A stretch of DNA of 6,004 bases, from NCBI GenBank assembly GCA_964648855.1, contig CAZYLT010000016.1:23695-29698 (forward strand). The letters run 5' to 3'. This document shows positions 6,001 to 6,004 of this stretch, one piece after another. Within the stretch, counting starts at the first letter, position 1, and every line of letters begins with the position of its first letter. The stretch comes from an uncultured archaeon. GTDB lineage: Archaea; Asgardarchaeota; Thorarchaeia; Thorarchaeales; Thorarchaeaceae. Position numbers and translations under genes: made by a program. The notes below the pieces were generated by a model. It was not told where the DNA came from. It did not search any database and saw only the letters and a list, made by a program, of their open reading frames with translations.

Positions 6001-6004
6001 ATGT

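Noticed and set aside
6001-6004. ATG directly after the asparaginase TAA, a possible next gene in the operon
   Set aside because: Only 4 nt are visible, so it cannot be supported within this window.

Overview
Gene-dense, archaeal-looking window. It has TATA-like boxes, AGGTGA/GGAG-type ribosome-binding motifs and N-X-S/T-rich extracellular domains; an Asgard/Thorarchaeota-like origin is a guess from protein style only. The minus strand carries a small multi-pass membrane protein (42-479) and, overlapping its stop (ATGA), the first 15 codons of an apparent paralog that runs off the left edge. The plus strand carries four genes: (1) a signal-peptide, Ig-like, C-terminally anchored surface protein (706-1299); (2) a 928-aa, about 10-TM, internally duplicated FtsX/MacB-type (type VII ABC) permease (1381-4167); (3) its LolD/MacB-like ATPase with an unusual ~72-aa coiled-coil/SHOCT-like tail (4177-5061); (4) an Asparaginase_2-family Ntn-hydrolase with a non-canonical motif set (HGGAT, FTAG, D|TVG; 5134-6000). 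Two intergenic palindromes lie just upstream of TATA-like boxes. I saw no mobile element, CRISPR array or structural RNA gene. The most interesting hypothesis, which is untested, is an archaeal type VII ABC module with a dedicated glycosylated Ig-like partner, possibly linked to a divergent asparaginase-type enzyme.
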